From Phormidesmidales cyanobacterium (lineage in GTDB: Bacteria; Cyanobacteriota; Cyanobacteriia; Phormidesmidales; Phormidesmidaceae), in NCBI GenBank assembly GCA_038315915.1, contig JBBQAC010000001.1:1-58619 (forward strand): a stretch of 58,619 bases of DNA. Direction: 5' to 3'. Both the position numbers and the translations under genes were made by a program. How positions within the stretch are numbered: the first letter of the stretch is position 1; each line of letters opens with the position of its first letter. The notes beneath the pieces are model-generated. The model was not told the origin of the DNA. It ran no database searches and worked only from the letters and a program-made list of their open reading frames with translations. This document shows, piece by piece, positions 10,710 through 22,409 of the stretch.

Positions 10710-11237
10710 AGGAAGTCAGCGTATTAAGGACACAAGGGTCATCATACAATGGAAGATATTAAGGTATGATGCAAACTCGCTGATAATCAGCAATTCATAC
10801 CCGGCTAAATTCTAAAGCTGAACTTTTTCAGAAATAAAATCCTGAAAGTTTCTTCTGAAAGCGTAGACAGCATCAGAAAAGCATGTATGATTAAAGACTG
10901 TCGCCGGTAAAGCAGATACTAGAGGCATGCAGATTTCTTTGAGCAATGCTCCGAAGATCTTTTGCAGACGCATCCTCCCAGTCTGAGGCGAAAAGGTGAG
11001 GCAAGTTTTTGAGCATTCTCTGTGGCTAAGGCCGCTTAGCTGAATCTCTACCAAAACTTCCACCGATTGTTTTCCAGTGTGGCTACCAGAGCAGACGCCG
11101 ACTGTTTTTAGCGCTCAAGGGCGCTCAGAAGCAAGGTGAAAATGCGATCTGCTGCTAGCTGGTTGTGTGTCAAAAATCCCTAGCGCGATATGGCTTTGCC
11201 ACTGATCGCTGGGGCGTTATGAAGCGGAGTCGAGAAA

Positions 11238-11873
11238 GTGTCTGTCGGTATTCTTGGTACCAAACTTGGTATGACCCAGGTGTTTGACGAAATTGGAAAT
11301 GCGATTTCAGTGACCGTCATTCAGGCTGGCCCCTGCGTGGTTACGCAGATCAAAACAGAACAGACAGACGGCTATTCGTCTGTGCAAATAGGATATGGAG
11401 CGGTCAAGGAAAAGGCGCTGAACAAGCCTAAGCTTGGCCATCTGGCAAAGTCTGGCGCGACGCCCGTGCGTCACTTGCGTGAGTACCGTGTCGATGAAAC
11501 CGGTGAGTTTGAAGTGGGTCAGGCGCTTTCAGCCGACCTGTTTGAAGCCGGACAAGTTATCGATGTCAGCGGCATCAGCATTGGTAAAGGCTTCGCTGGC
11601 AACCAGAAGCGCAATAACTTCAGACGAGGCCCGATGGCGCACGGTTCTAAAAACCACCGCGCCCCCGGTTCAACCGGTGCGGGTACTACCCCGGGCCGCG
11701 TCTATCCCGGTAAGAAAATGGCCGGTCAGATGGGTAACGAAAGAGTGACTGTTCGCAAGCTGAGCGTCGTGAGAGTAGATGGCGAACGCAATCTGCTGCT
11801 TGTCAAAGGCGGCGTGCCTGGAAAAGCTGGTTCACTGCTCAGCATTGTGCCCGCAACTATCGTCGGGCAGTAG
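11238..11873 (+). CDS. rplC: 50S ribosomal protein L3
   Basis: [10 protein letters not shown]...GKGFAG...[11 protein letters not shown]. Confidence 0.98.
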   Translation: MSVGILGTKLGMTQVFDEIGNAISVTVIQAGPCVVTQIKTEQTDGYSSVQIGYGAVKEKALNKPKLGHLAKSGATPVRHLREYRVDETGEFEVGQALSADLFEAGQVIDVSGISIGKGFAGNQKRNNFRRGPMAHGSKNHRAPGSTGAGTTPGRVYPGKKMAGQMGNERVTVRKLSVVRVDGERNLLLVKGGVPGKAGSLLSIVPATIVGQ

Positions 11874-11888
11874 GAGAGGATTTAGATC

Positions 11889-12521
11889 GTGGTTGATTGT
11901 GTAATTAAAGACTGGCAAGGCGAAGAGGCAGGCACCGCCACCCTCGACCTGAGAGTAGCCAGCGAAGAAAACGCCTCGCACATCGTCCACCGGGCGCTCG
12001 TGCGACAAATAAATAACGGTCGTCAGGGCAACGCCTCTTCCAAAACTCGCGCTGAAGTGCGCGGCGGCGGTCGCAAACCCTGGCGGCAAAAAGGCACTGG
12101 CCGCGCCAGAGCCGGTTCTATCCGCTCGCCCCTGTGGCGGGGTGGTGGTGTCATTTTTGGCCCCAAGCCTCGTGATTACACCACCAAAATGAACCGCAAG
12201 GAACGTCGTCTGGCGCTGCGCACGGCATTCCAAAGCTGCGCGGACAGCATGGTGGTGGTTCAGGACTTTGTCAGCGAGCTGACCCAGCCCAAGACCAAAG
12301 AGATGATTGCAGCGATCGCCAGGTGGGGCGTAGACACCGACGCCAAGATTTTGATGATTGCTGTCGAAAAGGACGAAACCCTGCACCGCTCAGTGCGCAA
12401 CGTCCCTAATATCAAGCTGATTGCGGCGACCAATCTCAACATCTATGACATTTTGAATGCCGACAGCCTGATCGTGACGGCATCCGCCCTTGAGAAGATC
12501 CAGGAGGTATACGGTGAGTAA
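11889..12521 (+). CDS. rplD: 50S ribosomal protein L4
   Basis: [26 protein letters not shown]. Confidence 0.98.
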   Translation: MVDCVIKDWQGEEAGTATLDLRVASEENASHIVHRALVRQINNGRQGNASSKTRAEVRGGGRKPWRQKGTGRARAGSIRSPLWRGGGVIFGPKPRDYTTKMNRKERRLALRTAFQSCADSMVVVQDFVSELTQPKTKEMIAAIARWGVDTDAKILMIAVEKDETLHRSVRNVPNIKLIAATNLNIYDILNADSLIVTASALEKIQEVYGE

Positions 12522-12819
12522 ACGAATCCAAGCGTATGAGCTGCCCGACATTATTCGCAAGCCGCTGATTACTGAAAAGGCCACCATTGCCTTAGAAAAC
12601 AACCAGTACACCTTTGAAGTGGCACCCAAAGCCACCAAGCCTCAAATCAAAACAGCCATCGAGTCGCTGTTTGAGGTCACCGTCACGGGGATCAGCACGC
12701 AAAACCCGCCTCGCAAAAAGCGCCGGGTTGGCCAGTTCATCGGCCACCGCGCCACTTACAAGCGAGCGGTTGTCACCCTGGCTGAAGGCGACTCCATCAC
12801 GCTTTTCCCGGACGTATAG
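12514..12819 (+). CDS. rplW: 50S ribosomal protein L23
   Basis: PLITEKA...YKRAVVTL; probable GTG start at 12514. Confidence 0.95.
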   Translation: MSKRIQAYELPDIIRKPLITEKATIALENNQYTFEVAPKATKPQIKTAIESLFEVTVTGISTQNPPRKKRRVGQFIGHRATYKRAVVTLAEGDSITLFPDV

Positions 12820-12882
12820 TCTCCCACTCCCTACTTCCACATCCCCTCTTCCCCTCAGACGTAATTCAAGCGAAGACAAACC

Positions 12883-13746
12883 ATGGGCATTCGCTCCTAC
12901 AGACCTTTAACCCCCGGCACGCGCGAGCGTACCGTCTCCGACTTTGCTGCCATCACGACAGACAAGCCAGAGAAATCACTTACCTACTCGGTGCACCGTC
13001 CTAAAGGGCGTAACAACCGAGGGGTGATCACCTGTCGTCATCGCGGCGGTGGCCACAAGCGGCTGTATCGCCAGATCGACTTCAAGCGTGACAAGCGCAA
13101 TATTCCCGGGAAAGTGGCTACCGTTGAGTACGATCCCAACCGCAACGCCCGGATTGCGCTGGTGAACTACCAGGACGGCGAGAAGCGCTACATTCTCCAT
13201 CCCATTGGGCTGGAAGTGGGGACAACTATTATTGCCAGCGAAGACGCGCCCTTTGAAGTGGGTAACGCCCTGCCGCTGCACCGCATTCCTTTAGGTACCA
13301 CCGTTCACAACGTTGAGCTGGTGGCTGGCAAAGGTGGCCAGATGGTCAGGGCCGCAGGCGCAGGCGCACAGCTTGTCGCTAAAGAAGGCGGCTACGTCAC
13401 GCTCAAGCTGCCGTCGAGTGAAGTGCGCATGGTTCGCCGTGAGTGCTACGCCACGATTGGCCAAGTGGGCAACACTGAGCACCGCAACTTGACCTTAGGT
13501 AAAGCAGGTCGCAAGCGCTGGGCAGGTCGTCGCCCGGAAGTACGCGGTAGCGTTATGAACCCGGTCGATCACCCCCATGGTGGTGGTGAAGGCCGCGCCC
13601 CGATCGGTCGCAGTGGGCCGGTGACGCCCTGGGGTAAACCTGCGCTAGGCTACAAAACCCGGAAGAAAAAGAAAGGCAGTGACTCGCTGATTGTGCGTCG
13701 TCGTCGTCGGTCTTCCAAGCGCGGTCGCGGCGGTCGTAGCGCTTAA
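12883..13746 (+). CDS. rplB: 50S ribosomal protein L2
   Basis: [12 protein letters not shown]; [13 protein letters not shown]. Confidence 0.98.
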   Translation: MGIRSYRPLTPGTRERTVSDFAAITTDKPEKSLTYSVHRPKGRNNRGVITCRHRGGGHKRLYRQIDFKRDKRNIPGKVATVEYDPNRNARIALVNYQDGEKRYILHPIGLEVGTTIIASEDAPFEVGNALPLHRIPLGTTVHNVELVAGKGGQMVRAAGAGAQLVAKEGGYVTLKLPSSEVRMVRRECYATIGQVGNTEHRNLTLGKAGRKRWAGRRPEVRGSVMNPVDHPHGGGEGRAPIGRSGPVTPWGKPALGYKTRKKKKGSDSLIVRRRRRSSKRGRGGRSA

Positions 13747-13763
13747 TCTTAAGAGGAAAAAAT

Positions 13764-14042
13764 ATGTCTCGTTCCCTAAAGAAGGGGCCATTCGTGGCGG
13801 ATCACCTTCTCACCAAAATTGAAAAGCTCAATGCGAAGAACGAAAAGCAGGTGATTAAAACCTGGTCTCGGGCTTCGACCATCATTCCTCAGTTCATCGG
13901 TCATACGGTCGCCGTTCACAACGGTCGTCAACACGTGCCCGTCTTTATCAACGAGCAAATGGTGGGCCATAAGCTGGGCGAGTTCGCACCGACTCGAACC
14001 TTTCGGGGCCATGCTAAGAGCGATAAAAAGGCACGTCGCTAG
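13764..14042 (+). CDS. rpsS: 30S ribosomal protein S19
   Basis: [10 protein letters not shown]...[11 protein letters not shown]. Confidence 0.98.
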   Translation: MSRSLKKGPFVADHLLTKIEKLNAKNEKQVIKTWSRASTIIPQFIGHTVAVHNGRQHVPVFINEQMVGHKLGEFAPTRTFRGHAKSDKKARR

Positions 14043-14053
14043 AGGAGACAACC

Positions 14054-14416
14054 ATGATTGATATTGATTCAGAACTACAGGTAAAGGCGACGGCTAAGTT
14101 CGTCCGTATGTCTCCTTTAAAGGTGCGCCGGGTACTCGACCAGATTCGCGGTCGCTCCTACCGGGAAGCGCTGATTATGCTCGAATTTATGCCGTATAAA
14201 GCGTGTGAGCCGATTCTTAAGGTTTTACGCTCGGCGGTTGCTAACGCAGAGCATAACAACGGACTCGATCCGGTTGGGCTGTATATCAGTGAAGCCTACG
14301 CTGACCAAGGGCCAGTGCTGAAGCGTTTCCGCCCGCGCGCTCAGGGCCGTGCCTTCCAGATTAAGAAGCCGACCTGCCATATTGCGATCGCTGTCGCCCC
14401 TGGCACCGAAGCATAG
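14054..14416 (+). CDS. rplV: 50S ribosomal protein L22
   Basis: [16 protein letters not shown]...[11 protein letters not shown]. Confidence 0.97.
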   Translation: MIDIDSELQVKATAKFVRMSPLKVRRVLDQIRGRSYREALIMLEFMPYKACEPILKVLRSAVANAEHNNGLDPVGLYISEAYADQGPVLKRFRPRAQGRAFQIKKPTCHIAIAVAPGTEA

Positions 14417-14482
14417 CGACCGTCTTAAACGCACCGCTCAACCCTTCCCTTTCACCCGCAAATTTTTCTAAGGAGTACATCA

Positions 14483-15214
14483 GTGGGACAGAAGATACAC
14501 CCAATCGGGCTTCGTCTTGGCATCACTCAGGAGCATCGCTCCCGCTGGTATGCCGGCAAAAATCGCTACCCAGCGCTGCTACAAGAGGACTATGAGATCC
14601 GCAAGTACGTCGAGAAAAACCTGGCCAACGCTGGGATCTCAGATGTTTATATCGAGCGCAAAGCCGATCAAATTGACCTTGAAGTTCGCACCGCTCGCCC
14701 CGGCGTAGTGGTCGGCAGAGGCGGCGCAGGCATTGAAGCCCTGCGAGTGGGTCTGCAAAAGCAAATTAAAGACGACAGCCGCCAGATCAAAATCAACGTG
14801 GTTGAAGTGGCTCGGGTCGATGCCGACGCGGGACTGATCTGCGAGTACATCACTCAGCAGCTAGAGCGCCGGGTTTCTTTCCGACGGGTCGTTCGTCAGG
14901 CGATTCAGCGGGCGCAGCGCGCGGGCGTAGAAGGGATCAAAATTCAGGTGAGCGGTCGTCTCAACGGGGCTGAAATCGCCAGAACTGAGTGGACTCGCGA
15001 AGGCCGGGTGCCGCTACATACGCTGCGGGCCAACATCGACTATGCCTATCGGACAGCGCAGACGACCTACGGCATTTTGGGTGTAAAAACCTGGGTGTTC
15101 AAAGGCGAAGTGATTCCCGGACAGGAGAATCAGGTCGAGGAGGCCAATGCTCAGCCCCGTCGTCGTCAGCCCCGTCGTCGTCAGCAATTTGAAGATCGCT
15201 CTAACGATTCATAG
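14483..15214 (+). CDS. rpsC: 30S ribosomal protein S3
   Basis: [13 protein letters not shown]...[10 protein letters not shown]. Confidence 0.98.
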   Translation: MGQKIHPIGLRLGITQEHRSRWYAGKNRYPALLQEDYEIRKYVEKNLANAGISDVYIERKADQIDLEVRTARPGVVVGRGGAGIEALRVGLQKQIKDDSRQIKINVVEVARVDADAGLICEYITQQLERRVSFRRVVRQAIQRAQRAGVEGIKIQVSGRLNGAEIARTEWTREGRVPLHTLRANIDYAYRTAQTTYGILGVKTWVFKGEVIPGQENQVEEANAQPRRRQPRRRQQFEDRSNDS

Positions 15215-15280
15215 GCTAGTTCATAGGCGACTGCCCTCTCCAAACTTTATTCTTACTGCTCACTTCAAGCGCGATCCATC

Positions 15281-15700
15281 ATGTTAAGCCCAAGAAGAAC
15301 AAAATTTAGAAAGCAGCATCGCGGTCGGATGCGCGGCATGGCCCACCGGGGCAACGAGATCAACTTTGGTCAGTTTGCGCTTCAGGCCACTGAGCCGTCC
15401 TGGATGACCTCCCGGCAAATTGAAGCAGCTCGGCGAGCGATGACCCGGTATATCAAACGCGGCGGCAAAATCTGGATTCGGGTTTTCCCGGACAAATCGG
15501 TCACGATGCGCGCCGCTGAAACTCGAATGGGTTCTGGTAAGGGTAACCCTGAATTTTGGGTGGCGGTGATCAAGCCGGGCCGGGTTGTCTTTGAAATTGC
15601 CGGGGTGACTGAGGAAATTGCAAGAGAAGCCATGCGGCTTGCCTCCTTTAAGCTTCCTTTTAAGACCAAGTTCATTATGAAAGATAGCGAGGAGGGATAA
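15281..15700 (+). CDS. rplP: 50S ribosomal protein L16
   Basis: [15 protein letters not shown]...RMGSGKG. Confidence 0.98.
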   Translation: MLSPRRTKFRKQHRGRMRGMAHRGNEINFGQFALQATEPSWMTSRQIEAARRAMTRYIKRGGKIWIRVFPDKSVTMRAAETRMGSGKGNPEFWVAVIKPGRVVFEIAGVTEEIAREAMRLASFKLPFKTKFIMKDSEEG

Positions 15701-15706
15701 TTTCTG

Positions 15707-15940
15707 ATGGCACTGAGTAAAGCAAAAGAGCTAAGAGCGCTCACCGATGACGAAATCACAACGGAGATTGCCAGCATTAAGCGATCGCTGTTCGACCTTC
15801 GCTTCAAGAAGGCAACCCGTCAGATCGAGAGCGGATTTCATGAGTTTCGGCATAGCCGTCGCAAGCTAGCCCAGCTAATGACGATTGAAAGAGAACGGCA
15901 GCTAGCTGCTAACGCGACAGAGAAAGAGGCTAAAGAATAA
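15707..15940 (+). CDS. rpmC: 50S ribosomal protein L29
   Basis: [10 protein letters not shown]...[10 protein letters not shown]; position between rplP and rpsQ. Confidence 0.95.
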   Translation: MALSKAKELRALTDDEITTEIASIKRSLFDLRFKKATRQIESGFHEFRHSRRKLAQLMTIERERQLAANATEKEAKE

Positions 15941-15942
15941 AA

Positions 15943-16191
15943 ATGGCAGTAAAAGAAAGGATTGGCCTGGTGGTCAGCGACAAGATGGACAAGACGGTGG
16001 TGGTCGCGGTGGAAACCCGCGTGCAGCACGCCAAGTACGGCAAGATTATGGTGCGAACCCAGCGCTATAAAGCCCACGATGAGGAAAATACTTGCAAGGA
16101 GGGCGATCGCGTCAAAATCAGCGAAACCCGCCCGCTTAGCAAGACCAAGCGATGGGTAATCGCTGACATCCTCAGTTCTTCTGACGTATAA
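15943..16191 (+). CDS. rpsQ: 30S ribosomal protein S17
   Basis: [14 protein letters not shown]...[11 protein letters not shown]. Confidence 0.98.
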   Translation: MAVKERIGLVVSDKMDKTVVVAVETRVQHAKYGKIMVRTQRYKAHDEENTCKEGDRVKISETRPLSKTKRWVIADILSSSDV

Positions 16192-16206
16192 GGTGAGGAT
16201 TTAGAC

Positions 16207-16575
16207 GTGATTCAGCAAGAGACCTATTTAAACGTAGCCGACAACAGCGGCGCTCGTAAGCTCATGTGCATTCGAGTGCTCGGCGGTCGCAAGCAGTATG
16301 CAGGCGTAGGCGATGTGATCGTCGCCGTCGTTAAAGACGCCCTGCCCAACATGGCCGTGAAAAAGTCAGATGTGGTCAAAGCCGTAGTGGTTCGTACCCG
16401 TAAAGGCATTCGCCGTCAAAGCGGTATGAGCATTCGCTTTGACGACAACGCTGCGGTGATTATCACCCAGGATGGCAGTAATCCCCGAGGCACTCGGGTA
16501 TTTGGCCCGGTGGCCCGCGAACTGCGAGACAAGGGCTTCACCAAGATTGTTTCTCTAGCGCCGGAGGTGCTCTAG
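16207..16575 (+). CDS. rplN: 50S ribosomal protein L14
   Basis: VADNSGA...[13 protein letters not shown]. Confidence 0.98.
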   Translation: MIQQETYLNVADNSGARKLMCIRVLGGRKQYAGVGDVIVAVVKDALPNMAVKKSDVVKAVVVRTRKGIRRQSGMSIRFDDNAAVIITQDGSNPRGTRVFGPVARELRDKGFTKIVSLAPEVL

Positions 16576-16920
16576 ATGCTTAAGCAGAAGAAAACCGTGC
16601 GTCAAAAGATGCACGTCAGAAAAGGAGACACCGTTCAGGTGATCACCGGCAAGGACAAAGGCAAAGTGGGCGAAGTCGTCGCCACCAATGCCAAAAAATC
16701 ACAGGTGATCGTGCAGGGCGTGAATATTCGCACCAAGCACGTCAAGCCGCAGCAAGAGGGCGAATCTGGGCAAATTCTCACCAAAGAGTTTCCCATTCAC
16801 AGCTCTAATGTGATGCTTTACTCCACCAAGCAAAAGGTTGCTAGCCGCGTGGCTCACACCTTGACCGAAGATGGCCGTAAGGTACGCATGCTGAAGAAAA
16901 CCGGTGAGATTTTAGACTGA
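16576..16920 (+). CDS. rplX: 50S ribosomal protein L24
   Basis: KOW motif [17 protein letters not shown]. Confidence 0.97.
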   Translation: MLKQKKTVRQKMHVRKGDTVQVITGKDKGKVGEVVATNAKKSQVIVQGVNIRTKHVKPQQEGESGQILTKEFPIHSSNVMLYSTKQKVASRVAHTLTEDGRKVRMLKKTGEILD

Positions 16921-16967
16921 TCAACCCCCCCTGACCAAGCCCAGGGACATCGTTTCCAGAGGAACCA

Positions 16968-17513
16968 ATGGCCGACTCACTCAAAACCCTCTACCTAGAG
17001 AAAGTGGTGCCCAAACTCACCGAAGAGTTTGGATACACCAATCCGCATCAAATTCCCAAGCTCTTCAAAGTAACGGTTAACCGTGGCTTAGGAGAAGCTT
17101 CTCAGAATGCCAAAGCGCTTGAATCTTCGATCAACGAACTGGCAATGATCACCGGGCAACGTCCGGTGGTAACGAGAGCTAAAAAAGCGATCGCAGGCTT
17201 TAAGATTCGCGAGGGTATGCCGGTCGGCGTCAAAGTGACGCTTCGAGCAGACCGCATGTACGCCTTCACGAACCGCCTAATCAATTTAACCCTGCCCCGC
17301 ATCAGAGACTTCCGGGGCGTTAGCCCTCGTAGCTTCGATGGGCGCGGCAACTACACCCTGGGCCTGCGCGAGCAGCTGATTTTCCCAGAGGTTGAATACG
17401 ACAGCGTTGACCAAATTCGCGGCATGGACATCACCATTGTCACTACCGCGAACTCCGATGAAGAAGGCCGAGCCCTTCTGAAGGAATTGGGAATGCCCTT
17501 CCGAGATAACTGA
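16968..17513 (+). CDS. rplE: 50S ribosomal protein L5
   Basis: LPRIRDFRG...[10 protein letters not shown]. Confidence 0.98.
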   Translation: MADSLKTLYLEKVVPKLTEEFGYTNPHQIPKLFKVTVNRGLGEASQNAKALESSINELAMITGQRPVVTRAKKAIAGFKIREGMPVGVKVTLRADRMYAFTNRLINLTLPRIRDFRGVSPRSFDGRGNYTLGLREQLIFPEVEYDSVDQIRGMDITIVTTANSDEEGRALLKELGMPFRDN

Positions 17514-17535
17514 GGCAGTAGCAAACAAGAGGACT

Positions 17536-17937
17536 ATGGCGTCTAACGACACGATTTCAGATATGCTGACGCGCATTCGGAATGCTACGCTTGCGCATCA
17601 TCAAAGCGTCGATATCCCATCGACCAAAATGACTCGCAGCATTGCTAACGTACTTAAAGAAGAAGGTTTCGTAGCGGAAACCGAAGAAAGTGGTGAAGGC
17701 ATTACCCGCAAAATCACGATTACGCTCAAATACAAAGGCAAGCAGCGTCAGCCCATCATTCGCAACCTGACCCGCGTCAGCAAACCAGGCTTGAGAGTGT
17801 ACTCCAACCGCAAAGAACTCCCCCGAGTGCTCGGCGGCATTGGCATTGCGATTATTTCAACCTCGAGCGGCGTCATGACCGACCGCGACGCCAGACGCCA
17901 GGGTATTGGTGGAGAAGTCCTTTGCTACATCTATTAA
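17536..17937 (+). CDS. rpsH: 30S ribosomal protein S8
   Basis: [13 protein letters not shown]...SKPGLRVY...GGEVLCYI. Confidence 0.98.
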   Translation: MASNDTISDMLTRIRNATLAHHQSVDIPSTKMTRSIANVLKEEGFVAETEESGEGITRKITITLKYKGKQRQPIIRNLTRVSKPGLRVYSNRKELPRVLGGIGIAIISTSSGVMTDRDARRQGIGGEVLCYIY

Positions 17938-17973
17938 ACCCGACCATGCAGGCCCTACAGGAGGAAAGAAACC

Positions 17974-18510
17974 ATGTCTAGAATTGGCAAGAAGCCTGTG
18001 CCAGTCCCCAAAGGCGTGACCATCACTATCGATGGCCAAAAGGTAACCGTCAAAGGCGCTAAGGGCGAACTCTCCAGAGAGCTTCCTCCCGAGATTGCCT
18101 TTGTTCAGGAAGGCGAAGAAATTGTCGTTACCCGTCGCAATGAGTCGCGCAATGCAAGACAGCGCCATGGCCTGGTGCGCACCCTGATCGCCAACATGGT
18201 CGAAGGGGTTTCTAACGGCTATCAGAAAAAGCTGGAGATTCAGGGCGTGGGCTACAGAGCTTCGCTGCAAGGACAAAAGCTGGTGATGGCGCTCGGCTAC
18301 AGTCACCCGGTCGAATTTGAGCCACCGCAGGGCATTCAGTTCGCGGTTGAAGGCAACACCAATGTGACGGTAACTGGCATTGACAAGGAAATTGTGGGTA
18401 ACACCGCAGCGAGAGTTCGCGCCGCGAGACCGCCTGAGCCCTACAAAGGCAAGGGCGTGCGCTACGCGGGCGAACAGGTTAGACGCAAGGCGGGTAAGGC
18501 AGGTAAGTAA
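17974..18510 (+). CDS. rplF: 50S ribosomal protein L6
   Basis: MSRIGKKP...[13 protein letters not shown]. Confidence 0.98.
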   Translation: MSRIGKKPVPVPKGVTITIDGQKVTVKGAKGELSRELPPEIAFVQEGEEIVVTRRNESRNARQRHGLVRTLIANMVEGVSNGYQKKLEIQGVGYRASLQGQKLVMALGYSHPVEFEPPQGIQFAVEGNTNVTVTGIDKEIVGNTAARVRAARPPEPYKGKGVRYAGEQVRRKAGKAGK

Positions 18511-18513
18511 ACA

Positions 18514-18870
18514 ATGAAAACATCACGTAGAGAATCTACCCGTCGCCGGCACGCACGCGTTCGCCGCCGGGTAAAAGGCACCACCGAACGGCCAAGACTA
18601 GCGATTTTTCGCTCCAACCAGCATATTTATGCCCAGGTAATTGACGATAGCGAGCACACAACGCTAGCGGCAGCCTCTACCCTGGACAAAGACGCCGATC
18701 TTTCCACCGGTTCGACCGCCGCAGCCGCAGCCGCAGTTGGTAAACTGATTGCAGAGCGCGCTTTGGCAAAAGACATCTCGCAGGTCGTCTTTGATCGCGG
18801 CGGCAAGCTCTATCACGGTCGAGTAGCGGCTTTAGCTGATGCGGCCCGTGAAGCAGGTCTAAAATTTTAG
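18514..18870 (+). CDS. rplR: 50S ribosomal protein L18
   Basis: [16 protein letters not shown]...[12 protein letters not shown]. Confidence 0.98.
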   Translation: MKTSRRESTRRRHARVRRRVKGTTERPRLAIFRSNQHIYAQVIDDSEHTTLAAASTLDKDADLSTGSTAAAAAAVGKLIAERALAKDISQVVFDRGGKLYHGRVAALADAAREAGLKF

Positions 18871-18939
18871 AGCAACTGTTCTCTAAGACTGTTCTCTAAG
18901 TAAGACAAATCACTCGCGCGTACATCTAAGGTTAAACAC

Positions 18940-19464
18940 ATGGCAGAGCAGCGTCGAAAGAAAAATAAAGGCCGAGAAAAAGAGTCCGAATGGCAAGAGC
19001 GCGTGGTTCAAATTCGCCGCGTTACCAAGGTTGTCAAAGGCGGTAAAAAGCTAAGCTTTAGAGCAATTGTGGTCATTGGCAACGAAAAAGGCCAGGTCGG
19101 TGTCGGCGTCGGCAAAGCGAGCGACGTTATCGGCGCAGTCAAAAAGGGCGTCGCCGATGGCAAAAAGCATCTGGTCGAAGTGCCTTTGAACAAGGCTTAT
19201 TCCATTCCTCATCCTTCTACCGGACGAGCCGGGGGTGCCCGAGTATTCATGCGTCCGGCAGCGCCCGGTACCGGGGTAATTGCGGGCGGGGCAGTTCGGA
19301 TTGTTTTGGAGCTGGCCGGTATTCGCAATATTTTGGCCAAGCAGCTAGGATCGGACAACCCGCTAAACAACGCTCGGGCGGCGGCTGAGGCACTCGATTC
19401 CCTCAGAACGCTCTCTGACGTAGCTGAAGAGCGCGGGATTGCGCTCGAAAAACTATACGCATAG
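18940..19464 (+). CDS. rpsE: 30S ribosomal protein S5
   Basis: [11 protein letters not shown]...PGTGVIAGG. Confidence 0.98.
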   Translation: MAEQRRKKNKGREKESEWQERVVQIRRVTKVVKGGKKLSFRAIVVIGNEKGQVGVGVGKASDVIGAVKKGVADGKKHLVEVPLNKAYSIPHPSTGRAGGARVFMRPAAPGTGVIAGGAVRIVLELAGIRNILAKQLGSDNPLNNARAAAEALDSLRTLSDVAEERGIALEKLYA

Positions 19465-19501
19465 GCCGGTGCGCCGCAACCAGTAAGGAGACTATCTAAA
19501 A

Positions 19502-19945
19502 ATGAGATTAGAAGATGCAAGGCCGAAGGCGGGCTCTAAAAAGCGTAAGACGCGCAAAGGTCGCGGGATCGCGGCGGGCCAGGGAGCAAGCTGCGGATTT
19601 GGTATGCGCGGTCAGAAGTCTCGCTCAGGTAGCGGTACCCGCCCCGGATTTGAGGGGGGTCAGCTTCCGCTCTATCGTCGCATTCCCAAGCTGAAGCACT
19701 TTCCCATCGTCAATCAAAAGGTGTACACCGTGATTAACGTCAGAGGGCTGAACGATTTGCCTGCTAACAGCGAAGTCACGCTGCAATCGTTGATGGAAGC
19801 TGGCATTATCACTTCTGATGACGGCCCGCTCAAAGTATTGGGTGATGGTGAAATTTCGACCGCGCTCACGGTGAAAGCGGCAGCATTTACCAAGTCCGCT
19901 CAAGAAAAGATTGAGGCGGCAGGCGGCAGCTGCGAGATCGTTTAG
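19502..19945 (+). CDS. rplO: 50S ribosomal protein L15
   Basis: RGQKSRSG...[12 protein letters not shown]. Confidence 0.98.
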   Translation: MRLEDARPKAGSKKRKTRKGRGIAAGQGASCGFGMRGQKSRSGSGTRPGFEGGQLPLYRRIPKLKHFPIVNQKVYTVINVRGLNDLPANSEVTLQSLMEAGIITSDDGPLKVLGDGEISTALTVKAAAFTKSAQEKIEAAGGSCEIV

Positions 19946-19964
19946 GTAAAATGTCTGAAAAGTT

Positions 19965-20015
19965 GGGAGCAGAGAGACCCTTTTTATCCCCAGGGCTCCC
20001 TGCTCCCTTTATTAT
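19965..20015 (+). terminator. Stem-loop / intrinsic terminator between rplO and secY
   Basis: GGGAGCAGAGAG(A)CCCT 19965-19981 pairs imperfectly with AGGGCTCCCTGCTCCC 19992-20007, followed by TTTATTATT. Confidence 0.55.
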
Positions 20016-20096
20016 TAAATAAGGCCCTTGATTGGGTATTGAAATAGCAGTGCGCCCTAGCGCGTTTATAAGGTTTCTGTCTAAAGGTTTTTGAGT

Positions 20097-21410
20097 ATGG
20101 TTGTAAGTCAAGGCAAGTCGCCCAGCGCTCAAGAGACGTTTTTACAAATGGCCCAGGCCGCCGGGTTGCGCAGCCGTTTGTTAGTTACGGTGGGCCTGCT
20201 GGTGCTGGTGCGGTTGGGCATTTATATTCCGGTGCCTGGGATTGACCGGGCGGCGTTTTCTGACTTTGTCAGCGGCGGCGGGGCAGGCGGCGTGCTTGGC
20301 TTTTTAGATATTATCGGCGGCGGCGGCTTATCGCTGGTGGGCATTTTTGCCTTGGGCATTCTGCCGTTTATTAACGCTTCTATCATCATGCAGTTGCTGA
20401 CGGCGGCGATTCCGGCGCTGGAGGACTTGCAAAAGAATGAAGGTGAGGCCGGACGGCGCAAAATTTCTCAGGTGACGCGCTATGTGGCCTTTGGCTGGAC
20501 GATTTTGCAGAGTACGATGCTTTCGTGCTTTTTGCTGAGAGACTTTGCTTACAATTTTGGCGTGCCGTTTGTGGTGGAGACGGTGCTGGCGCTGACGGCA
20601 GGCTCTATGTTTGTGATGTGGGTGGGCGAACTGATTACCGAGCGGGGCTTGGGAAACGGGGCGTCGCTGCTGATTTTCCTGAATATTGTGTCTTCGCTGC
20701 CTCGGGTGCTGGGTGAAACGGTGGATCTGGCACAGACGGGCGATCGCAGCACCATCGGCGGCATCGTCATTTTATTCCTGGTCTTCATTGCCACGATTAT
20801 CGGGATTGTCTTTGTCCAGGAAGGTACCCGTCGGATTCCGATCATTTCGGCGCGGCGGCAGGTTGGCAGAAAGCTGTACTTAGAGAAAAGCAATTATTTG
20901 CCGCTCCGGCTAAATCAGGGCGGAGTGATGCCGATTATTTTCGCTTCCTCAATGCTGATTATCCCGCTCTCGTTAGTGCAGTACATCAAAAACCCGGCCT
21001 TTGCCAATTTTATGGGCCAAAATTTCAGTGCCACTTCACCGCTGTACATTTTTGTGTATCTGGTGATGATTGTTTTCTTCAGCTACTTTTATGCGTCGCT
21101 GGTGGTCAACCCTGAAGATATGTCTCGCAACTTGAAAAAAATGGGTGCGAGTATTCCAGGCATTCGGCCCGGTCGGGCGACGACTGACTATATCAGTAAG
21201 GTATTGAACCGGCTGACCTTTTTGGGGGCGATTTTCTTAGGGCTGGTGGCGGTTGTGCCTAGCTTGGTAGAAAGCGCGACTCGGGTGCAGACCTTCCAGG
21301 GATTCGGAGCCACATCGCTGCTGATTTTGGTGGGTGTTGCTATCGACACGGCCAAGCAGATTCAGACCTATGTCATCTCCCAGCGCTATGAAGGCATGGT
21401 GAAAAACTGA
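20097..21410 (+). CDS. secY: Preprotein translocase SecY
   Basis: GILPFINASIIMQLL, GLGNGASLLIF, IPGIRPG; multi-TM. Confidence 0.98.
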   Translation: MVVSQGKSPSAQETFLQMAQAAGLRSRLLVTVGLLVLVRLGIYIPVPGIDRAAFSDFVSGGGAGGVLGFLDIIGGGGLSLVGIFALGILPFINASIIMQLLTAAIPALEDLQKNEGEAGRRKISQVTRYVAFGWTILQSTMLSCFLLRDFAYNFGVPFVVETVLALTAGSMFVMWVGELITERGLGNGASLLIFLNIVSSLPRVLGETVDLAQTGDRSTIGGIVILFLVFIATIIGIVFVQEGTRRIPIISARRQVGRKLYLEKSNYLPLRLNQGGVMPIIFASSMLIIPLSLVQYIKNPAFANFMGQNFSATSPLYIFVYLVMIVFFSYFYASLVVNPEDMSRNLKKMGASIPGIRPGRATTDYISKVLNRLTFLGAIFLGLVAVVPSLVESATRVQTFQGFGATSLLILVGVAIDTAKQIQTYVISQRYEGMVKN

Positions 21411-21988
21411 TGACGAGGCTGATTTTTCTGGGCCCGCCGGGGGCGGGTAAAGGCACGCAGGCGAAAATTCTCTCGAAGCGCTGTGAGGTACCTCACATTT
21501 CGACGGGTGATATTTTGCGAATGGCGGTCAAAGCCGGGACGGCACTTGGACAGAAGGCTGAGGGATACATGAGCGCCGGAGAGCTGGTGCCCGATGAGCT
21601 GATTTTGGATTTGGTGCGTGAGCGCTTGAGCCAGGCAGATACGTCCCACGGCTGGCTATTTGACGGGTTTCCCCGCAATGTGGAGCAGGCCGAGTTTTTG
21701 AGCGAGCTGCTCACTGAGATTGATCAGACCTGCGAAGTCGTCATCAACCTGGAGGTGCCTGACGATGAGCTGGTGATGCGGATGCTGGGGCGAGGCCGCG
21801 CGGACGATACAGAAGATGTTATTCGCAATCGTCTGGAAGTGTACCGCGAGCAGACTGAACCGTTGATTACTTTCTACCGGGCGCAGTCGCTGCTGGTGTC
21901 AGTAGATGGCAATCAGTCGTTAGATACGGTGAGCGAGACGCTTCACAAGATAGTGCAGGGCGAGGGCGCAGAAGCGAGTGAGGTTTGA
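21410..21988 (+). CDS. adk: Adenylate kinase
   Basis: GPPGAGKGT, HISTGD, DGFPR. Confidence 0.97.
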   Translation: MTRLIFLGPPGAGKGTQAKILSKRCEVPHISTGDILRMAVKAGTALGQKAEGYMSAGELVPDELILDLVRERLSQADTSHGWLFDGFPRNVEQAEFLSELLTEIDQTCEVVINLEVPDDELVMRMLGRGRADDTEDVIRNRLEVYREQTEPLITFYRAQSLLVSVDGNQSLDTVSETLHKIVQGEGAEASEV

Positions 21989-22092
21989 ATCTCTCACTGT
22001 CCGGGGCGGGATTCCGCCATTCTGTGTTGGTTCGAGGATTTGCTACGCTTAAAGTAATTATGTATACGTCTGAGAAAGAGAGGAACGACTAA

Positions 22093-22320
22093 TTGTCTAA
22101 GCAAGATTTGATTGAAATGGAAGGGACGATCACTGAATCGCTTCCAAACGCTATGTTTAGAGTGGATCTCGATAACGGGTTCAACGTGCTTGCCCATATT
22201 TCGGGTAAGATTCGACGGAACTATATCAAGATTTTACCGGGCGATCGCGTCAAGGTAGAGCTGACTCCCTATGACCTGACTAAAGGCCGTATTACCTATC
22301 GCTTAAAGAAGCCGCGCTAG
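22093..22320 (+). CDS. infA: Translation initiation factor IF-1
   Basis: LPNAMFRV...AHISGKIR...GRITYR; TTG start. Confidence 0.97.
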   Translation: MSKQDLIEMEGTITESLPNAMFRVDLDNGFNVLAHISGKIRRNYIKILPGDRVKVELTPYDLTKGRITYRLKKPR

Positions 22321-22409
22321 ATTGTCTGCGTAGGCGAAAATATTATTTATGCCCCTGACCTTGATGCTGACTTACCGGCGCTAGGGCACAAGTTGCACCG
22401 AATGCATAT

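Noticed and set aside
10710-11237. Long ndhN-rplC intergenic region with an 83-aa ORF
   Set aside because: Expected divergent promoter/leader region; no convincing protein or RNA structure recognised by eye.
20097-21988. G/T-rich look of secY-adk compared with upstream ribosomal genes
   Set aside because: Explicable by membrane-protein composition and codon usage; no other sign of foreign origin.
11238-22320. Absence of rpsJ, rpsN, rpmD and rpsD from the ribosomal cluster
   Set aside because: Normal for cyanobacteria.
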